A stretch of 64,000 nucleotides of DNA from the NCBI GenBank assembly GCA_030141605.1, contig JAQGDQ010000858.1:1-64000 (forward strand), written 5' to 3'. Made by a program: the position numbers and the translations under genes. Source of the stretch: Tubiluchus corallicola (Eukaryota; Animalia; Priapulida). How positions within the stretch are numbered: position 1 is the stretch's first letter; every line of letters begins with the position of its first letter. The notes beneath the pieces are model-generated. The model had not been told where the DNA came from, searched no databases, and saw only the letters and a list, made by a program, of their open reading frames with translations. Shown here one piece after another: positions 61,391 through 64,000 of this stretch.

Positions 61391-62836
61391 TTACCCTACA
61401 CTCCCCTCCAAACTAATTTGTAATAACTTCTGCGCTTCAACAACAAACTCCATTGGAAGCTTGTTTATAACCTCCCTGGCATAACCATTAACAATCATAC
61501 CTACAGCATCCTCAGTTGAAATCCCGCGCTGATTACAATAAAATATCTGATCCTCCCCTATCTTGGATGTTGTAGCCTCATGCTCCACCACCGCGCTGTC
61601 ATTAGCAACCTCAATATATGGGAAAGTGTGGGCCCCACAAGCATCACCAAGGAGCAAAGAATCACACTGTGAAAAATTCCGCGCATTCTCTGCCTTCGGA
61701 GTCATCCTTACCAGTCCGCGATAGGAATTATTGCTCTTCCCCGCCGATATACCTTTCGACACTATAGTACTCTTTGTATTTTTCCCTACATGAATCATTT
61801 TCGTCCCGGTATCGGCCTGCTGGTGATTATTAGTTAAAGCCACAGAATTAAACTCTGCAGTAGAATTATCGCCTATCAAAATACAGCCCGGATACTTCCA
61901 TGTAATAGCGGAACCAGTCTCTACCTGATTCCATAATATCTTTGACGCCTTCCCTTTACACATCCCTCTCTTGGTTACAAAATTGTATATTCCCCCCTTG
62001 CCATCCTTATCCCCGGGATACCAGTTTTGCACAGTTGAATACTTTACCTCCGCACGATTAAAAGCAACTATCTCCACTACAGCAGCATGCAGTTGATTCT
62101 CATCACGCATAGGAGCCGTACATCCCTCAAGATAGGAAACATAGCTGTCATCCTCCGCCACTATCAATGTTCGCTCAAACTGCCCTGTATTGGCAGAATT
62201 AATACGAAAATATGTAGAAAGCTCCATAGGGCACTTTACTCCCTTGGGAATATATGCAAACGACCCGTCAGAAAAAACAGCCGAATTGAGTGCGGCAAAA
62301 TAATTATCTCTGTACGACACCACCATCCCTAGGTACTTCTGTATAAGATCAGGATGCTCTCTTACAGCCTCACTAAAAGAGCAAAAAATAATGCCGCGTT
62401 CGGCAAGAGTCTCTTTAAAAGTTGTTTTCACAGACACACTGTCTATTACAGCGTCAATGGCAACTCCAGCAAGCTGCTTCTGCTCTTCCAATGGTACACC
62501 AAGCTTCTCAAAAGTGCTAAGCAGCTCAGGATCAACCTCATCAAGACTGCTATACTTCGCCTCCTGGCGTGGAGCTGCATAATATATTATATCCTGATAA
62601 TCTATCTCAGGTATATTGAGGTAAGCCCAGTCGGGCATCTTCATGCTCAACCAGTGACGATATGCCTTAAGCCTAAAATTAAGCAAAAACTCCGGCTCTC
62701 CCTTCTTGGCGGAAATAAGCCGAATAACATCCTCATTGAGCCCCTTCCCAATAGACTCTGTTTCAATGTTAGAAACAAAACCATACTGATACTCGCGCCC
62801 TGTAACGCCATCTAACAACTCATCTTGCTCTTTCAT
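61391..62836 (-). CDS. sufB: Fe-S cluster assembly protein SufB
   Basis: [59 protein letters not shown]. Confidence 0.98.
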   Translation of the reverse strand: MKEQDELLDGVTGREYQYGFVSNIETESIGKGLNEDVIRLISAKKGEPEFLLNFRLKAYRHWLSMKMPDWAYLNIPEIDYQDIIYYAAPRQEAKYSSLDEVDPELLSTFEKLGVPLEEQKQLAGVAIDAVIDSVSVKTTFKETLAERGIIFCSFSEAVREHPDLIQKYLGMVVSYRDNYFAALNSAVFSDGSFAYIPKGVKCPMELSTYFRINSANTGQFERTLIVAEDDSYVSYLEGCTAPMRDENQLHAAVVEIVAFNRAEVKYSTVQNWYPGDKDGKGGIYNFVTKRGMCKGKASKILWNQVETGSAITWKYPGCILIGDNSTAEFNSVALTNNHQQADTGTKMIHVGKNTKSTIVSKGISAGKSNNSYRGLVRMTPKAENARNFSQCDSLLLGDACGAHTFPYIEVANDSAVVEHEATTSKIGEDQIFYCNQRGISTEDAVGMIVNGYAREVINKLPMEFVVEAQKLLQISLEGSVG

Positions 62837-62984
62837 CTAACTTGATTTATTCTTGTCAATAATAAGCTTACATACAGCGAATTAAACACACACCACACAA
62901 CTCAACAGTTCAAAAAATTATCCGTATGAAAACTTTTTTGAAGTGTGAAGCTCTAAATATCTAAGCAAACCCAAATATTTATTG

Positions 62985-62992
62985 CAAAGATA
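62985..62992 (-). promoter_or_regulatory. -7 promoter element for the suf operon
   Basis: Minus strand TATCTTTG followed by CA, about 150 nt upstream of sufB. Confidence 0.6.
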
Positions 62993-63079
62993 CAAAATGT
63001 AACCTATTTTTGACCCTTCGGGCTTGAACCCAGGAACAGAATACTTTACAAATTGAACAATAGGGATAAATTAAATAAT

Positions 63080-64000
63080 ATGGGAGATCCTAAAAAAGGA
63101 AAATCCGAACTCTCCGAACTGGGAGAATTTGGCCTGATTCACCGCCTCACCAACAATATTGTCACTAAAAACAAAAGTACCCTTAAAGGAGTAGGCGATG
63201 ACTGCGCAGTTCTGGACTTTGGTAATAAAAAAAGCGTTGTCACAACAGATATGCTGACTGAAGGAGTTCACTTCAACCTCATGTATGTACCCTTAAAACA
63301 TCTGGGATACAAATCAGTAACTGTAAACCTTAGCGATATATACGCTATGAATGCAGAACCCAAACAAATTACTGTCTCAATAGGAGTATCCTCTAAATTT
63401 TCAGTAAAAGCTATTGACGAACTATACTCTGGTATTCACTTAGCATGCAAGCGCTATAATGTTGACCTGGTGGGTGGAGACACAACAGCATCACTCTCCG
63501 GCCTTATTATATCAATCACAGCACTTGGCGAAGCAGAAGAAAAAAACATAGTCTACCGCAGTGGCGCACGCTCAGGGGATCTACTGTGTGTAACTGGCGA
63601 CCTGGGAGGAGCCTACATGGGGCTACAGCTTCTCGAGCGCGAAAATGAAGTCTTTAAAGTGAACCGCAATATGCAGCCGCAACTGTCAGGATACGACTAT
63701 ATACTGGAGAGGCAGCTAAAGCCGGAAGCAAGACAGGATATGCTGAAAAAATTTCAGGAAATAGGAATAAAACCAACCTCTATGATTGATATATCGGATG
63801 GACTTTCCTCTGAGATACTCCATATATGTGAAGAATCCAATGTTGGGTGCAAACTCTTTGAAGACAAAATTCCGTATGACGACCAAACAAAAAAGATGGC
63901 ATTAGAAATGAATATTAACCCATTAGTAGCAGCACTAAACGGTGGTGAAGACTACGAACTACTGTTTACCATTCCTCTGAATGAATATGATAAAATCAAG
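63080..64000 (+). CDS. thiL: Thiamine-monophosphate kinase; 3' end runs off the window
   Basis: Absent from the ORF track (no stop). ATG 63080: LGEFGLI, GVGDDCAV, TTDMLTEGVHF, NLSDIYAMNA, VGGDT, MIDISDGLSSE, GGEDYELLFT. Confidence 0.95.
   Translation, partial: MGDPKKGKSELSELGEFGLIHRLTNNIVTKNKSTLKGVGDDCAVLDFGNKKSVVTTDMLTEGVHFNLMYVPLKHLGYKSVTVNLSDIYAMNAEPKQITVSIGVSSKFSVKAIDELYSGIHLACKRYNVDLVGGDTTASLSGLIISITALGEAEEKNIVYRSGARSGDLLCVTGDLGGAYMGLQLLERENEVFKVNRNMQPQLSGYDYILERQLKPEARQDMLKKFQEIGIKPTSMIDISDGLSSEILHICEESNVGCKLFEDKIPYDDQTKKMALEMNINPLVAALNGGEDYELLFTIPLNEYDKIK

Noticed and set aside
62840-63079. TPP riboswitch upstream of thiL
   Set aside because: No GCTGAGA / CCTGA..GGNTAATNCC..GCGNAGG pattern found.
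43-63271. Many short antisense or overlapping ORFs in the track (for example 17908-18552, 30676-31314, 43829-44437, 1557-1982)
   Set aside because: They shadow well-supported genes on the opposite strand or frame, have no recognisable motifs, and are expected from the skewed codon usage.

Overview
A 64 kb chromosomal segment from a Bacteroidota bacterium, probably a Bacteroidales/Marinilabiliales-type lineage (inferred from TAnnTTTG promoters and gene order). It is mostly housekeeping: sensor kinase, rlmH, ruvC, greA, ahcY, GH29 fucosidase, tRNA-Arg(TCT), tpiA, a ppiD/hemolysin/lptC/TPR/OMP/coaX/nadC/nadB run, an RND efflux triplet, pyrC, mdh, parE-parC-aroK, purL, queG, the suf operon and thiL. 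The notable signals are non-coding. (1) A dispersed ~130-143 bp imperfect palindromic element has 11 near-complete copies plus about 7 fragments. Its ends resemble GAGACCTTTGCA...TGCAAAGGTCTC and it carries a bulged internal hairpin like the Rickettsia palindromic element RPE-1. Every orientable copy points the same way regardless of neighbouring genes. (2) A 1,647 bp IS1634-family element is flanked by an identical 591 bp direct repeat that duplicates most of aroK while leaving the original gene intact. (3) A small decayed island holds a methyltransferase pseudogene and an IS1182 relic. The + strand also looks strongly C/A-biased, consistent with the lagging strand. All alignments, counts and family assignments were done by eye or from recall; no searches were run.
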